Below the pieces are notes generated by a model that saw nothing but the letters and a program-made list of their open reading frames with translations, was not told where the DNA came from and did no database searches. A stretch of 64,000 nucleotides of DNA from NCBI GenBank assembly GCA_963787125.1, contig CAWBBV010000016.1, positions 128,001 through 192,000 of the forward strand, given 5' to 3'. The position numbers were made by a program, and so were the translations under genes. Origin of the DNA: an uncultured delta proteobacterium. GTDB lineage: Bacteria > Desulfobacterota > Desulfuromonadia > Geobacterales > DSM-12255. Shown here in pieces: positions 49,743 to 59,789 of the stretch. Position 1 is the first letter of the stretch. Every line of letters begins with the position of its first letter.

Positions 49743-50831
49743 CTAGCTTGGGGTGAGAAGGCTGTCAAGCCTCGCTTTAAGTCCTGCCAGTTCAAGACCG
49801 GGATAATCGAGTTGCACCAGGGCGTTGAATTTATCGGCCAGGCGCGGATCTTCTGCCGTAACCTGCTCGCTGTCGTACTGGGGGAGATGGCCGGTGATGG
49901 CAAAACAGAGCTCCGGAGAGACACCCTTCAGCTGGAGAGCCTTGTGGAGGGTAAAGCGGAAACTGTAAAAACTCTTGCGCAGGTCATTGGTGACATGCTT
50001 GCGGTTGTAACTTTCAAAAGATTGACCGTAATAGTCGCCGGTCAAAGGGATGGACTCAGCATCCCCTTTTTTGCGCAGGTCGAAAAGCAGCTCTTTTCCC
50101 AGAGCTTTGCGCCTGGCAACGAACTGCAGCAAACCCATCTCCAGAAGAAGCGGGTGTAACGGCACGATCCGACGGCTGACTTCACCCCGGATATTGGTGA
50201 CGACAACGCCGTTGTCATCCTCTTCTGTTACCAGCAGGTACGGTATCCGGTGGTTGAGATGGACATCGCCGATTTTCAGGCTGCAGATCTCCCCGTGGCG
50301 GGCCCCGGAGTAGGCGGCGATCAGCGGAACCCAGGCCAGATGCGGCCTTTCAGGGTGAACCGGCAGCGCTGCAAAAATCTTTTTCAAATCCTCGATGTCA
50401 TACGGCTTACGCCGTCCGGCCTTTTTCTCGGCAACGGTAACAGACTTGACCACATTCTGCCCGACATCCACGGCTATCAGATTATGGCGGAAAGCATACT
50501 GAAATACAGCGGTGATCTTGTCCATGTATTTGCTGTCAACCGTCCGTTTATCAAGCGTCTTGGCCGGCTTCTGCCGCAAGATTTCGGCGGCGGTCTTGCC
50601 GCGCAACTCCTCAAGCTTATGGATATTGGCCGGCCAGCGATACAGCTTGGCCTTCAAGACAACCAGATCCTGCTTGCTGTAGCAGCTTACCTCCCGGTCT
50701 CCCAGCAGCTGCAACATGGTATCGAGGGTGTCACGATAGCGCTTGCGGGTGCCTTCATCCGCCGGTTTTTCCTTTTGCAGGGCGGCACAATACTCTTCAA
50801 TCAGTTCACTCAGCAGACAAGTCGGATTCAT
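49743..50831 (-). CDS. Tyrosine recombinase-fold protein with degenerate active site
   Basis: AAYSGARHGEI, RIVPLHP, FYSFRFT and ITGH motifs; ATG lies 1 nt after the hypB stop. Confidence 0.8.
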   Translation of the reverse strand: MNPTCLLSELIEEYCAALQKEKPADEGTRKRYRDTLDTMLQLLGDREVSCYSKQDLVVLKAKLYRWPANIHKLEELRGKTAAEILRQKPAKTLDKRTVDSKYMDKITAVFQYAFRHNLIAVDVGQNVVKSVTVAEKKAGRRKPYDIEDLKKIFAALPVHPERPHLAWVPLIAAYSGARHGEICSLKIGDVHLNHRIPYLLVTEEDDNGVVVTNIRGEVSRRIVPLHPLLLEMGLLQFVARRKALGKELLFDLRKKGDAESIPLTGDYYGQSFESYNRKHVTNDLRKSFYSFRFTLHKALQLKGVSPELCFAITGHLPQYDSEQVTAEDPRLADKFNALVQLDYPGLELAGLKARLDSLLTPS

Positions 50832-50832
50832 C

Positions 50833-51546
50833 TTACCGTTTCTCCAGCCATTCATACCACTCTGCCATCCCCTCGCCAGACTTTGCCGACAACCGGAATA
50901 TCCTGATGCCGGGGCTGACCCGGCGCGCCATTTCAAGACACTTTTCGACATCGAAATCCAGATAGGGGAGCAGATCAATCTTGTTCAGCAGCATGACGTC
51001 GGCGGCATGGAACATCTGCGGGTATTTCAGCGGTTTATCCTCCCCCTCGGTAACGGACAGCACCACGACTTTGTGCGCCTCACCCAGATCGAAAGCGGCA
51101 GGACAGACAAGATTCCCCACATTTTCGATAAAGAGAATGTCCAGTTCAGCGGTTGGTAACTCTTCCAGGGCATGTCCGACCATATGGGCATCAAGATGGC
51201 AACCGGCTCCGGTGTTGATCTGCTTTACCGGCACCCCGGTGGCGGCAATTCTGCGCGCATCGTTGTCAGTCTGCTGATCCCCTTCAATGACCGCAGAGCG
51301 GAGCCTCCCGGAAAGATCCCGCAGAGTCCGCTCCAGGATGGTGGTCTTGCCCGAGCCGGGAGAGCTGACCAGGTTCAGGGCAAAGATGCCTTTCTCCTGG
51401 AAAAATCGGCGGTTGTCAGCAGCAAGGCGGTTGTTTTTTGCCAGGATGTCGATCTCCAGGGAGATCTTGCCGCCAGAAGCAGGCTTCTCGTGGTGATGGT
51501 GATGATTATCATGGCTATCAGTGGGACAGCCGCAGGTTGTACACAT
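50833..51546 (-). CDS. hypB: Hydrogenase nickel incorporation GTPase
   Basis: MCTTCGC, His-rich linker, SPGSGKT, GCHLDA and ENVGNLVCP motifs. Confidence 0.96.
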   Translation of the reverse strand: MCTTCGCPTDSHDNHHHHHEKPASGGKISLEIDILAKNNRLAADNRRFFQEKGIFALNLVSSPGSGKTTILERTLRDLSGRLRSAVIEGDQQTDNDARRIAATGVPVKQINTGAGCHLDAHMVGHALEELPTAELDILFIENVGNLVCPAAFDLGEAHKVVVLSVTEGEDKPLKYPQMFHAADVMLLNKIDLLPYLDFDVEKCLEMARRVSPGIRIFRLSAKSGEGMAEWYEWLEKR

Positions 51547-51879
51547 TTACTCTACCTCCAGATCTTTTACCCTCATCTCGTCGCCACTGCGCAGGTCAAG
51601 GGCGATTGCGCCGCAGCACGGGCAGGAATCAAAATAAGTTTCTATGGTTGAAACCACTCCACAGGCACTGCAAAAGCCGGTCGCCGCAATTCTCTCCATG
51701 ACCAGCGCCGCCCCTTCCAAAAGCGTTCCTCTGGCAGCAGCCTCAAAGCAGAATTCCAGCGCCTCCGGCACAACTCCGGAAAGAGCCCCGATCTCCAGTG
51801 TGACCACCTGTATCCGTCGACCGCCGGCGTGCTGTTCGCATATCTCTACAACACCCTGAACCAGCGAGAGTTCGTGCAT
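51547..51879 (-). CDS. hypA: Hydrogenase nickel metallochaperone
   Basis: MHELS N-terminus and two CxxC motifs. Confidence 0.95.
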   Translation of the reverse strand: MHELSLVQGVVEICEQHAGGRRIQVVTLEIGALSGVVPEALEFCFEAAARGTLLEGAALVMERIAATGFCSACGVVSTIETYFDSCPCCGAIALDLRSGDEMRVKDLEVE

Positions 51880-52003
51880 AAAAGTTGATTCACTCCTTAT
51901 CGGTTTCGGCTTCGGGAGATTAATGTAGCAGAAAGGGGGCGGGATGAGAACAGCTTGTTTCAATATCTCTGCTGTTGTATAAGTAAGATTACAGGAGCGA
52001 CCC

Positions 52004-53413
52004 GTGAATCTTAACGCCAAACTTGTCATAATCATGCTGACCCTGCTTGTACTGGCGATGCTGACTCTTTTTACCCTCAACCAGGTAAGCCAGAACAAGC
52101 TGGTAAGCGAGATTCAGGAAAGTTCTACCGCCATCTCGGACATTCTGCAAAAGAGTGTTGAAGACCTTACTTCAGAAACTGAAGTGGAAACCTCCCGCTT
52201 GCCTGAATATCTCAAGGAAGCCCGCCAGAAAGGGGTTAACGAGATAAATATCATCAATACGGAAGGGGAGATCATCGACTCTTCCGATCCGGAAAAGATC
52301 GGCAAGAAGCGCGATCTGCATAAAATCGAGAAAGGGTTGAAAGCGGCGCCGGGCAAGCGGGGTGCGGGCTTGACTTCCCTGAAACCTTACAACCTGGTGG
52401 TGCCGGTCATTGTCGGCGATCAACAGCTCGGCTACGTGGAGATCGACCTGCTCTTGGACAATATCCGCGAAATCCAGCATGACAATTTTGTCCGCCGCCT
52501 GGTTGCCACCTGCGTGATTTTCGGTCTTGGCCTGATTCTGATCATCTTTCTTGCCAGGCGCTATACTCACCCTATCCAGAGGCTGGTGCTGCAAGTTCGC
52601 AAGGTTGCGGCCGGCGACCTCTCAGTTACCGTGCCGGTGGAGAGTTCCGACGAGATCGGCGAACTGGCGCAAAGTTTCAATGAGATGGTGGAACAGCTCC
52701 GGGAGAGGAAAACCCTTGAAGAGCGCCTTCATGAGGCAGAACACCTCTCCAGGGTTGGCCAGCTTGCTGCCGGAATTGCCCATGAAATCAGGAATCCGCT
52801 CAACTACATCAGCCTTGCCATCGATCACCTCAAAGATGAAATAAAATGCTCTTCTTCTGAAAAACAGGCAGAGGTCGAAAAAATAGCCACGACCATCAAG
52901 GAAGAGGTCCGTAAGGCAAACTATATGGTTCTGAACTTCATGAATTACGGGCGCCCCTTGAAACTGCGCCGCACTGACGTCTCCTATCGCACCCTTATCG
53001 ACAGGGCGCTGACTGTTCTTAATGATAAACTCAAAGAGCAGAAGGTCACGGTGACAATCGATATCCCTGCCGATCTGCCACCGCTCCACTGCGATCAGGA
53101 ACTGATGAGGAACTGTCTCTTCAACTTCATAACAAATGGTGCCCAGGCAATGCCGGACGGAGGGGAGATAACCCTCGGCGCAGCCTTTGCTGACGGGACT
53201 TTCCACCTGACCTTCAGTGACAAAGGGACCGGGATTGCCCCTGAAGACCTGGAAAAGATTTTTAAGCCGTATTTTACCACTAAAGAAGCGGGCATCGGTC
53301 TTGGTCTGGCAATAACCGACAGGATTATCCGGGAGCATGGCGGCGAAATTATTGCCGCAAGCCAGCCGGGAGCGGGGACCACATTTACCGTCCTTTTGCC
53401 GGAAGAAGCTTAG
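52004..53413 (+). CDS. HAMP-domain sensor histidine kinase
   Basis: Two TM segments, DEIGELA, AHEIRNPL, DKGTG and GIGLGL motifs. Confidence 0.95.
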   Translation: MNLNAKLVIIMLTLLVLAMLTLFTLNQVSQNKLVSEIQESSTAISDILQKSVEDLTSETEVETSRLPEYLKEARQKGVNEINIINTEGEIIDSSDPEKIGKKRDLHKIEKGLKAAPGKRGAGLTSLKPYNLVVPVIVGDQQLGYVEIDLLLDNIREIQHDNFVRRLVATCVIFGLGLILIIFLARRYTHPIQRLVLQVRKVAAGDLSVTVPVESSDEIGELAQSFNEMVEQLRERKTLEERLHEAEHLSRVGQLAAGIAHEIRNPLNYISLAIDHLKDEIKCSSSEKQAEVEKIATTIKEEVRKANYMVLNFMNYGRPLKLRRTDVSYRTLIDRALTVLNDKLKEQKVTVTIDIPADLPPLHCDQELMRNCLFNFITNGAQAMPDGGEITLGAAFADGTFHLTFSDKGTGIAPEDLEKIFKPYFTTKEAGIGLGLAITDRIIREHGGEIIAASQPGAGTTFTVLLPEEA

Positions 53414-53500
53414 TAAGTTAGAAGATATTTTCTGCGCTTTTCAGGCAGAAAACAGCTTCGTTAACGCACTTATCCTGTTTATCCGGGTTAGGAGAGGATC

Positions 53501-54865
53501 ATGTCAAGCAGCATTCTGATAGTAGACGATGAAAAGGCTCAACGGGATATCCTCCAGGCGATACTCAGCCGGGAGGGGTATCGCACTGTTACTGCCGGCA
53601 GCGGTCAGGACGCTGTCAGAATATTAAGTACCGATGAGTTCGACCTGATTCTTACCGACCTGAAAATGCAGGGGATGTCAGGGATGGAACTGCTGGAAAA
53701 GGTGCTTGCAGAGAACCCGCAGCAGTGCATTATTATCATGACAGCCCATGGGACAATCGATTCGGCAGTTGAGGCGACTCGCAAAGGGGCCTTCAACTAC
53801 CTTGAGAAACCGCTTGACCGCGAACATCTGCTCTTCACTCTGAAGCGGGCGTGTGAACATATTGCGCTGCTCAAGGAGAACAGCGCCCTCCATCGGAAGC
53901 TGGATGAAACGACCTCAATCCAGGGGATTATCGGTGACCATCCGAAGGTTAAGGAAGTTTTCCGGGTGGTCAACAAGATTGCGCCGACCAGTTCGACGGT
54001 ACTGGTCTACGGAGAGTCCGGCACCGGCAAGGAGCTGGTGGCACGAGCTATTCACGACAGAAGCCCACGCTGCAACAAACCGTTTTTTGCCATCAACTGC
54101 GCCGCCATCCCGGATGCGCTCATTGAAAGCGAGCTTTTCGGTCACGAGAAGGGCTCATTTACCGGCGCCAGCAGCAAGGAACTCGGCCTGTTTGAAGCGG
54201 CAGAAGAAGGGACGGTCTTTCTGGACGAGATCGGCGAGATGAACGTCTCACTGCAGGCCAAACTGCTGCGGGCTATCCAGGAAAAGGAGATCCGCCGGGT
54301 TGGCGGCAAGGTAAATATTCCGGTTGATGTCAGGATCATAGCTGCCACCAACAGAGACCTTGAAGGCGAGATCAAAAAGGGGCAGTTCCGCGAGGATCTC
54401 TTTTACCGTCTTAACGTCATCCGGATCACCCTGCCACCGCTGCGTGAGCGCGGCAGTGATGTGGTCACGCTGGCGGAGTTTTTTGTAAGAAAATACGCCA
54501 TAGCGACCGGCATGCCGGTGAGCGGCATTTCTAAGCCGGCCCTGAAACTCCTCCTCAACTACTCCTGGCCCGGCAACGTTCGCCAGCTTGAATCGATCAT
54601 TGAGCGGGGGGTGCTGATGGCGGAAGGGAGCAACATCACACCTGAAGACCTGCCGACAGAAGTGCAGGAACCGCTTGCAGGCGTGGGGACTCTGCCGTTT
54701 GATTTTCCTGCTGACGGAATCTCTTTTGAGGAGCTTGAGAAAGAGTTGATCATCAAGGCTATGGAGCGTGCCGACTGGATCATCACCAAGGCTGCGCCTC
54801 TCCTTAGAATGAGCTACAAAACGCTCCAGTACCGGCTGGATAAATTCGGCATCGAGAAACCTTAG
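53501..54865 (+). CDS. Sigma54-dependent response regulator (NtrC family)
   Basis: Receiver domain, GESGTGKE, GSFTGA and C-terminal Fis HTH. Confidence 0.95.
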   Translation: MSSSILIVDDEKAQRDILQAILSREGYRTVTAGSGQDAVRILSTDEFDLILTDLKMQGMSGMELLEKVLAENPQQCIIIMTAHGTIDSAVEATRKGAFNYLEKPLDREHLLFTLKRACEHIALLKENSALHRKLDETTSIQGIIGDHPKVKEVFRVVNKIAPTSSTVLVYGESGTGKELVARAIHDRSPRCNKPFFAINCAAIPDALIESELFGHEKGSFTGASSKELGLFEAAEEGTVFLDEIGEMNVSLQAKLLRAIQEKEIRRVGGKVNIPVDVRIIAATNRDLEGEIKKGQFREDLFYRLNVIRITLPPLRERGSDVVTLAEFFVRKYAIATGMPVSGISKPALKLLLNYSWPGNVRQLESIIERGVLMAEGSNITPEDLPTEVQEPLAGVGTLPFDFPADGISFEELEKELIIKAMERADWIITKAAPLLRMSYKTLQYRLDKFGIEKP

Positions 54866-54870
54866 GCTTG

Positions 54871-56112
54871 ATGAAATATCTGCTGATTATTATCCTTTTC
54901 CTGACGCTCATTTCCGGCTGTACAGTTGCTGTTCCACGGGAACAGCTTTATTATCCCCTTGCTAATGGCGACTCCGCCGAGCAGGTAAAGCTTGTCGCCA
55001 TTCCCGTGCCGGTCATTGCCGCCAGTCCCAACGAAGGTGTTACCTCCGGAGCACTGGCCGCCTTTCTGCTCCACAACAAAAACGATGAGGTCACCTCGCT
55101 TATTGCCCCGCAGCTGAATTTCAACCCTAATTTCGGGACTACCTATACTCTTTACGGGGCTTTTTATCCGAACCATCTGCGCAGCGCCGAGATAAATCTT
55201 TCTCACTCGACCAGAATCAATGAGGATTACGAAGTAAAGCTCAGAGATCTGTCCTTGTTAGACGGAAAACTTGAAACCAATCTCTTTGTCTACCGTTTCA
55301 GCGACGGCTCTGCCCGCTTTTTCGGGATCGGTGCCGGCTCTGACGCAAAGAGTGAAACAAACTTTGCCGCAATAGAAAACGGCTTCACCATCACCGGCGG
55401 CTATCTGCTCACTAACGATATTTCCCTGCAGGTCGGGGAACGCTTGCGCCAGGTAAGGATTGCCCAGGGGGCGGTTGTCTCCCTTCCCAACATTAAAAGC
55501 AACTTCACCGAAAATGATGCTCCGGGCATTAACGGCTTTACGACCCACGGGCAGAAGATCGCTCTGCTGTACAATACTCTCGACTCTGCCACAATGCCGC
55601 TTTCCGGATTATATGGCAAAGTATCGGCAGAGTTTAGTGCAAGGGCCTTGGGGAGTGAAACCGATTATCGCCGCTATGAAGTAGAAGCAAAGGGACTGTT
55701 TCCCCATGACCGTGACAAGCGTTTTATTACCGCCTGCAGAGGGCTTTACAGCCAGGTTACCAGCAGCAACACCCCTTTTCTGGAGCAGAGTATTCTTGGC
55801 GGAGAAAATAGTCTGCGCGGCTACGGTAAAAACCGCTTTGTCGACAGAGCGGCACTCGTCCTGAATCTTGAAGAGCGGATCAGGCTTTTCAGGTGGAACC
55901 TGTTCGACGTCAATGCTGACTGGGAGCTGGCGCCGTTCCTTGATGTCGGCACTGTCATGAGCTCCCTTGGCGGACTAAAGAGTGGAGACTTCAGATTTAC
56001 CCCCGGTTTTGGCGTCAGGGCTGTAGTCAGACCTAACATAGTCGGTCGGCTGGATATCGGTTTCGGGGGTGAAGGTGCAGCGGTGTTCGTCGGCCTCGGT
56101 TATCCGTTTTAA
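54871..56112 (+). CDS. BamA/TamA (Omp85)-like outer-membrane beta-barrel lipoprotein
   Basis: Lipobox ISGC; LGGENSLRGY..RF; C-terminal GLGYPF. Confidence 0.8.
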   Translation: MKYLLIIILFLTLISGCTVAVPREQLYYPLANGDSAEQVKLVAIPVPVIAASPNEGVTSGALAAFLLHNKNDEVTSLIAPQLNFNPNFGTTYTLYGAFYPNHLRSAEINLSHSTRINEDYEVKLRDLSLLDGKLETNLFVYRFSDGSARFFGIGAGSDAKSETNFAAIENGFTITGGYLLTNDISLQVGERLRQVRIAQGAVVSLPNIKSNFTENDAPGINGFTTHGQKIALLYNTLDSATMPLSGLYGKVSAEFSARALGSETDYRRYEVEAKGLFPHDRDKRFITACRGLYSQVTSSNTPFLEQSILGGENSLRGYGKNRFVDRAALVLNLEERIRLFRWNLFDVNADWELAPFLDVGTVMSSLGGLKSGDFRFTPGFGVRAVVRPNIVGRLDIGFGGEGAAVFVGLGYPF

Positions 56113-56236
56113 TCCAATTTCAAAGCAGAGATGCCATCAAGTCGGTGAGGATTGAGGCGACGAAGGCATACATTGTGAGTATGTTGAGGAGCCGAAGACG
56201 AACCAACGCAGATGGCGCTTTGGTTTGGAATTGGAT
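56112..56236. repeat. MITE-like intergenic repeat
   Basis: Terminal inverted repeat ATCCAATTTCAAA / TTTGGAATTGGAT (12/13); inner GCCATC/GATGGC and CATAC/GTATG stems. Confidence 0.65.
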
Positions 56237-56286
56237 GCTTTTAGCTTGCCTGAGAGTCGCTCATCCGGCAGTATGGGGAAATGACT

Positions 56287-57408
56287 ATGAAATTTTTCGT
56301 TACAGCAGCAAAAGGTCTTGAGGAACTGGTCGGCGCTGAGCTCGCTGAGCTCGGGGTCAGGGGTGCAAAGATTGAACGCGGCGGCGTCTCCTTTAGCGGC
56401 AGCCTTGAAGACGGTTACCGGGCCTGCCTCTGGCTCAGAACTGCCAGCAGGGTGCTCCTGATGTTGGCCGAATTCCCCTGTGCGTCTCCTGATGAGTTGT
56501 ACGCAGGGGTCAGGACCATAGAATGGCACTCTTATCTGACGCCGGACATGACCATGGCGGTTGATGCTGTGCTCAGGGATTCGGCCATGACTCATTCAGG
56601 CTTTGTTGCCCTGAAGTCAAAAGACGCTATCGTCGACGCCATTCGTGACAAGTTTGGGCGCAGACCCAATGTGGACACAAAAAACCCTGATCTGCAGGTT
56701 AATGTTCATCTGGTAAAAAACAGCTGTACCGTCAGTCTGGATATGGCCGGCGACCCGCTTGACCGGCGCGGCTACCGACTGGACAGGAACAAGGCGCCGT
56801 TGCGGGAAAACATTGCTGCAGCCTTGGTCGCCTTCAGCGGCTGGACAGGCGAAACGCCCCTTTACGACCCGATGTGCGGCTCAGGAACTATCGTCATCGA
56901 GGCGGCGCTCAAGGCTGCCAATGCTGCACCCGGGCTCCTTAGGGAGAGATTCGGCTTTCAGAACTGGCTCGGCCACGACCCGACCGTCTGGCGCAACCTG
57001 ATATCGGCGGCAAAAGAGCTGCAAAAGCGTGAACTCCCTGTCCGCCTGACAGGCTCCGACCGCTCTCCCGGGACAATTGAAATGGCCAGGCAGAATACCT
57101 CCCGTGCCGGAACAGGGAGGTTCACAGCATTCTCAACTGCCGACATCTGTACTTTTGAGCCTTCGGTATCGCCGGCGATGATCATTTTCAACCCACCTTA
57201 CGGCGACCGGATGGGAGAGCTCGAAGAGCTTGCCTCCTTGTATCGAACCTTTGGTGATGTTCTCAAGAAACGCTGTGCCGGCTCAACCGCTTATATTCTC
57301 TGCGGCAACAGTGAACTGGTCAGACACATCGGATTGAAGGCCACCCGCAGGATACCGATATGGAACGGCCCGATCGAGTGTCGGCTGCTGAAATACGAGA
57401 TGTATTAG
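56287..57408 (+). CDS. rlmL: THUMP-domain rRNA m2G methyltransferase (RlmL-like)
   Basis: RRGYR, APLREN, DPMCGSGT and NPPYG motifs. Confidence 0.88.
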   Translation: MKFFVTAAKGLEELVGAELAELGVRGAKIERGGVSFSGSLEDGYRACLWLRTASRVLLMLAEFPCASPDELYAGVRTIEWHSYLTPDMTMAVDAVLRDSAMTHSGFVALKSKDAIVDAIRDKFGRRPNVDTKNPDLQVNVHLVKNSCTVSLDMAGDPLDRRGYRLDRNKAPLRENIAAALVAFSGWTGETPLYDPMCGSGTIVIEAALKAANAAPGLLRERFGFQNWLGHDPTVWRNLISAAKELQKRELPVRLTGSDRSPGTIEMARQNTSRAGTGRFTAFSTADICTFEPSVSPAMIIFNPPYGDRMGELEELASLYRTFGDVLKKRCAGSTAYILCGNSELVRHIGLKATRRIPIWNGPIECRLLKYEMY

Positions 57409-57518
57409 CTCTCAACTCCTTGTTGTGATTGGGATCACTGTTTTTTTTTGACGACAGTGTATAGTGGATGGTATAGTTACTGGACAAAATCAAATCGTAC
57501 CCGGAGGGATTTTAGACA

Positions 57519-57905
57519 ATGTTTAAACGTTCAAGAGTTATCGTACTGGCTGCATTACTTGTCAGCAGCTTGAGTGTACCTTGCGGTGCTGCTGATACCG
57601 CTTTCAAGGATTCTTTTGAGAATGCTTTTTATGGCGGTATGCTTGGCACTCTTGTAGGCGGCGCACTTCTGGTTTTCACCAAAAAACCGGGCGATCATCT
57701 TGATTATATTTATTACGGTGCTGCCGGTGGTATTCTGGGTGGAGCTGGTTATGGCGTAGTAAAATCATCCAAATCCCTTATGACAATGGAAAACGGCTCT
57801 ATAAAAGTTGCCATGCCGACTATCAGCCCCGAATTCCAGCAAGCCAGTGCAAAAGGCACTTCTGGAGTTATGTGGAAGGCTGAATTGCTAAGCGGCACGT
57901 TTTAA
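57519..57905 (+). CDS. Exported/membrane glycine-zipper-like hypothetical protein
   Basis: Signal peptide and two Gly-rich hydrophobic segments; SD GGAGG. Confidence 0.75.
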   Translation: MFKRSRVIVLAALLVSSLSVPCGAADTAFKDSFENAFYGGMLGTLVGGALLVFTKKPGDHLDYIYYGAAGGILGGAGYGVVKSSKSLMTMENGSIKVAMPTISPEFQQASAKGTSGVMWKAELLSGTF

Positions 57906-57932
57906 CTTTCTACAATTAAATAGTTTATCGAT

Positions 57933-58087
57933 CAGGTGCCGGAATTGCTTCCGGTTAAAAGGGAAGGAGGTGTAAATCCTCCACTGTCCCGCAACTGTAA
58001 ACGGTGATGAACGCCGCAACTACGCCACTGATAATTTCGGGAAGGCGCGGCAAGTAAAGTGATCCGTAAGTCAGGAAACCTGCCTGG
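57933..58087 (+). ncRNA. Cobalamin riboswitch
   Basis: AGGTGC..AAAAGGGAA..GGTGTAAATCC..CCCGCAACTGT..GCCACTG..GGGAAGG..AGTCAGGAAACCTGCC. Confidence 0.95.
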
Positions 58088-58142
58088 TTGAAAGCTTCAC
58101 AGTTCCTCCGCAGGAGAGGCGCCGGGCACCCATTTATTTCAT

Positions 58143-58175
58143 GACCCCGTCTCTCCCTGGAGACGGGGTTTTTTT
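58143..58175 (+). terminator. Expression-platform terminator abutting the cobU start
   Basis: ACCCCGTCTC..GAGACGGGG-T7-ATG. Confidence 0.8.
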
Positions 58176-58694
58176 ATGGCACAGGTAACATTTATCACCG
58201 GTGGAGCCCGCAGCGGCAAAAGCAGATTTGCGGAAGAACTGGCATTTCGCCACGGTGAACCGCTGCTTTATATTGCGACAGCCGGCTGTGGCGACGGCGA
58301 GATGGCGACCAGGATTGAGCGGCATCAGGAGCGCCGCGGCAGCGCCTGGCAGACAATTGAGGAGCAGTACGACCTGGCCGGTGTTATTTCCGGTCATGAC
58401 GGCTGGTTCAAGGCGATCCTTGTTGACTGTGTAACCCTCTGGCTGACGAATCTGCTCCTTAAATATGAAGACAAAAGTGCTGTTCTGAAAGAAGTCAGCC
58501 GGACGACCGCGCTCTTCTCCGCTCTTAAGACGCCACTTTTTCTCGTATCAAATGAGGTCGGCATGGGGATAATCCCGGACAATCCTCTTGGTCGGACCTT
58601 CTGCGACCTCTCCGGTGAAGCAAACGAACTACTGGCCGCAGCAGCTGATGAAGTCTATGTGACTTTCTCGGGACTGCCGCTCAAACTAAAATAG
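58176..58694 (+). CDS. cobU: Adenosylcobinamide kinase/guanylyltransferase
   Basis: GGARSGKS, RIERH and VSNEVGMG motifs. Confidence 0.96.
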   Translation: MAQVTFITGGARSGKSRFAEELAFRHGEPLLYIATAGCGDGEMATRIERHQERRGSAWQTIEEQYDLAGVISGHDGWFKAILVDCVTLWLTNLLLKYEDKSAVLKEVSRTTALFSALKTPLFLVSNEVGMGIIPDNPLGRTFCDLSGEANELLAAAADEVYVTFSGLPLKLK

Positions 58695-58703
58695 GGAGAA
58701 ACT

Positions 58704-59762
58704 ATGAAGATTCTGGAAACCGCTCTTGGGCAGATAAAACCTGTTGACCAGGCGTTGCTGGGAGCAGCACAGGCAAAACTCGATAACAAGACAAAGCCGC
58801 TCGGCTCACTCGGTCGCATTGAGGACTTCGGTCGCCGCGTTGCCGCCATTTGCGGCAGTTTAACCCCTGATCTAGCCAAAAAGGTTATCTTCACCTTTGC
58901 CGGTGATCACGGGGTTGTTGCTGAAGGTGTCTCCGCATTCCCGAAAGAGGTAACCCCGCAGATGGTCTTCAACTTTCTGAACGGCGGCGCCGGGGTAAAC
59001 GTGCTGGCGCGTCATGCCGGGGCTGAAGTCCGCGTTGTTGATATGGGGGTTGATTTTGACTTCGGGGCTGTTCCCGGCCTCATCGACAGAAAGATTGCCC
59101 GTGGGACAAAAAACCTTGCCAAAGAGCCGGCAATGTCCCGCGAAGAGGCAGTAGCAGCTCTTGAGGCCGGAATCATGCTCGCGCTGGACGCCAAGGCTGA
59201 AGGGGTTACACTGCTCGGCACCGGGGATATGGGAATCGGCAACACCACCCCTTCTTCAGCTATTATAGCCGCATTTTCCGGAATACCCGTGCGGGAGTTG
59301 ACCCATCGCGGCACCGGCATTAATGATGAAGCTCTTGAGAGGAAGATTCTCGCCATCGAGCACGGTCTAAGCGTAAATCGCCCTGATCCGGCAGATCCTC
59401 TCGATGTCCTTGCCAAGGTCGGCGGCTTTGAAATCGCCGGAATTGCCGGTCTGGTTCTTGGAGCAGCGGCAGCCGGTATCCCGGTTGTTATTGACGGCTT
59501 CATCTCCACAGCCGGAGCACTGATCGCCAGTGAACTGCATCCGAGTGTCAAGGAGTACATTTTTGCCGCCCATAAATCGGTGGAGGTCGGCCACACCTTC
59601 ATGCTGGAGCGACTGGATGCCGAGCCGATTCTCGATCTGCAGCTGCGTCTGGGAGAAGGTACCGGGGCAGCGCTTGCCATGACCCTGATCGAAGCAGGAG
59701 CGAAGGTGCTCTGCGAGATGGCGAGTTTTGAAGAAGCAGGCGTTTCTGAACAGAATGCGTAA
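58704..59762 (+). CDS. cobT: Nicotinate-nucleotide:benzimidazole phosphoribosyltransferase
   Basis: [20 protein letters not shown] and RLGEGTG motifs. Confidence 0.96.
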   Translation: MKILETALGQIKPVDQALLGAAQAKLDNKTKPLGSLGRIEDFGRRVAAICGSLTPDLAKKVIFTFAGDHGVVAEGVSAFPKEVTPQMVFNFLNGGAGVNVLARHAGAEVRVVDMGVDFDFGAVPGLIDRKIARGTKNLAKEPAMSREEAVAALEAGIMLALDAKAEGVTLLGTGDMGIGNTTPSSAIIAAFSGIPVRELTHRGTGINDEALERKILAIEHGLSVNRPDPADPLDVLAKVGGFEIAGIAGLVLGAAAAGIPVVIDGFISTAGALIASELHPSVKEYIFAAHKSVEVGHTFMLERLDAEPILDLQLRLGEGTGAALAMTLIEAGAKVLCEMASFEEAGVSEQNA

Positions 59763-59789
59763 CTGCCGACCTTAAGGTAACGGAGCCAC

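Noticed and set aside
49743..50978. Integrase marking a prophage or genomic island
   Set aside because: Flanked by housekeeping-type genes, with no tRNA, att repeats or phage genes, and a degenerate active site.
51880..52098. N-terminal extension of hypA in the ORF track
   Set aside because: HypA needs the MHE N-terminus, and the extension overlaps the divergent kinase gene.
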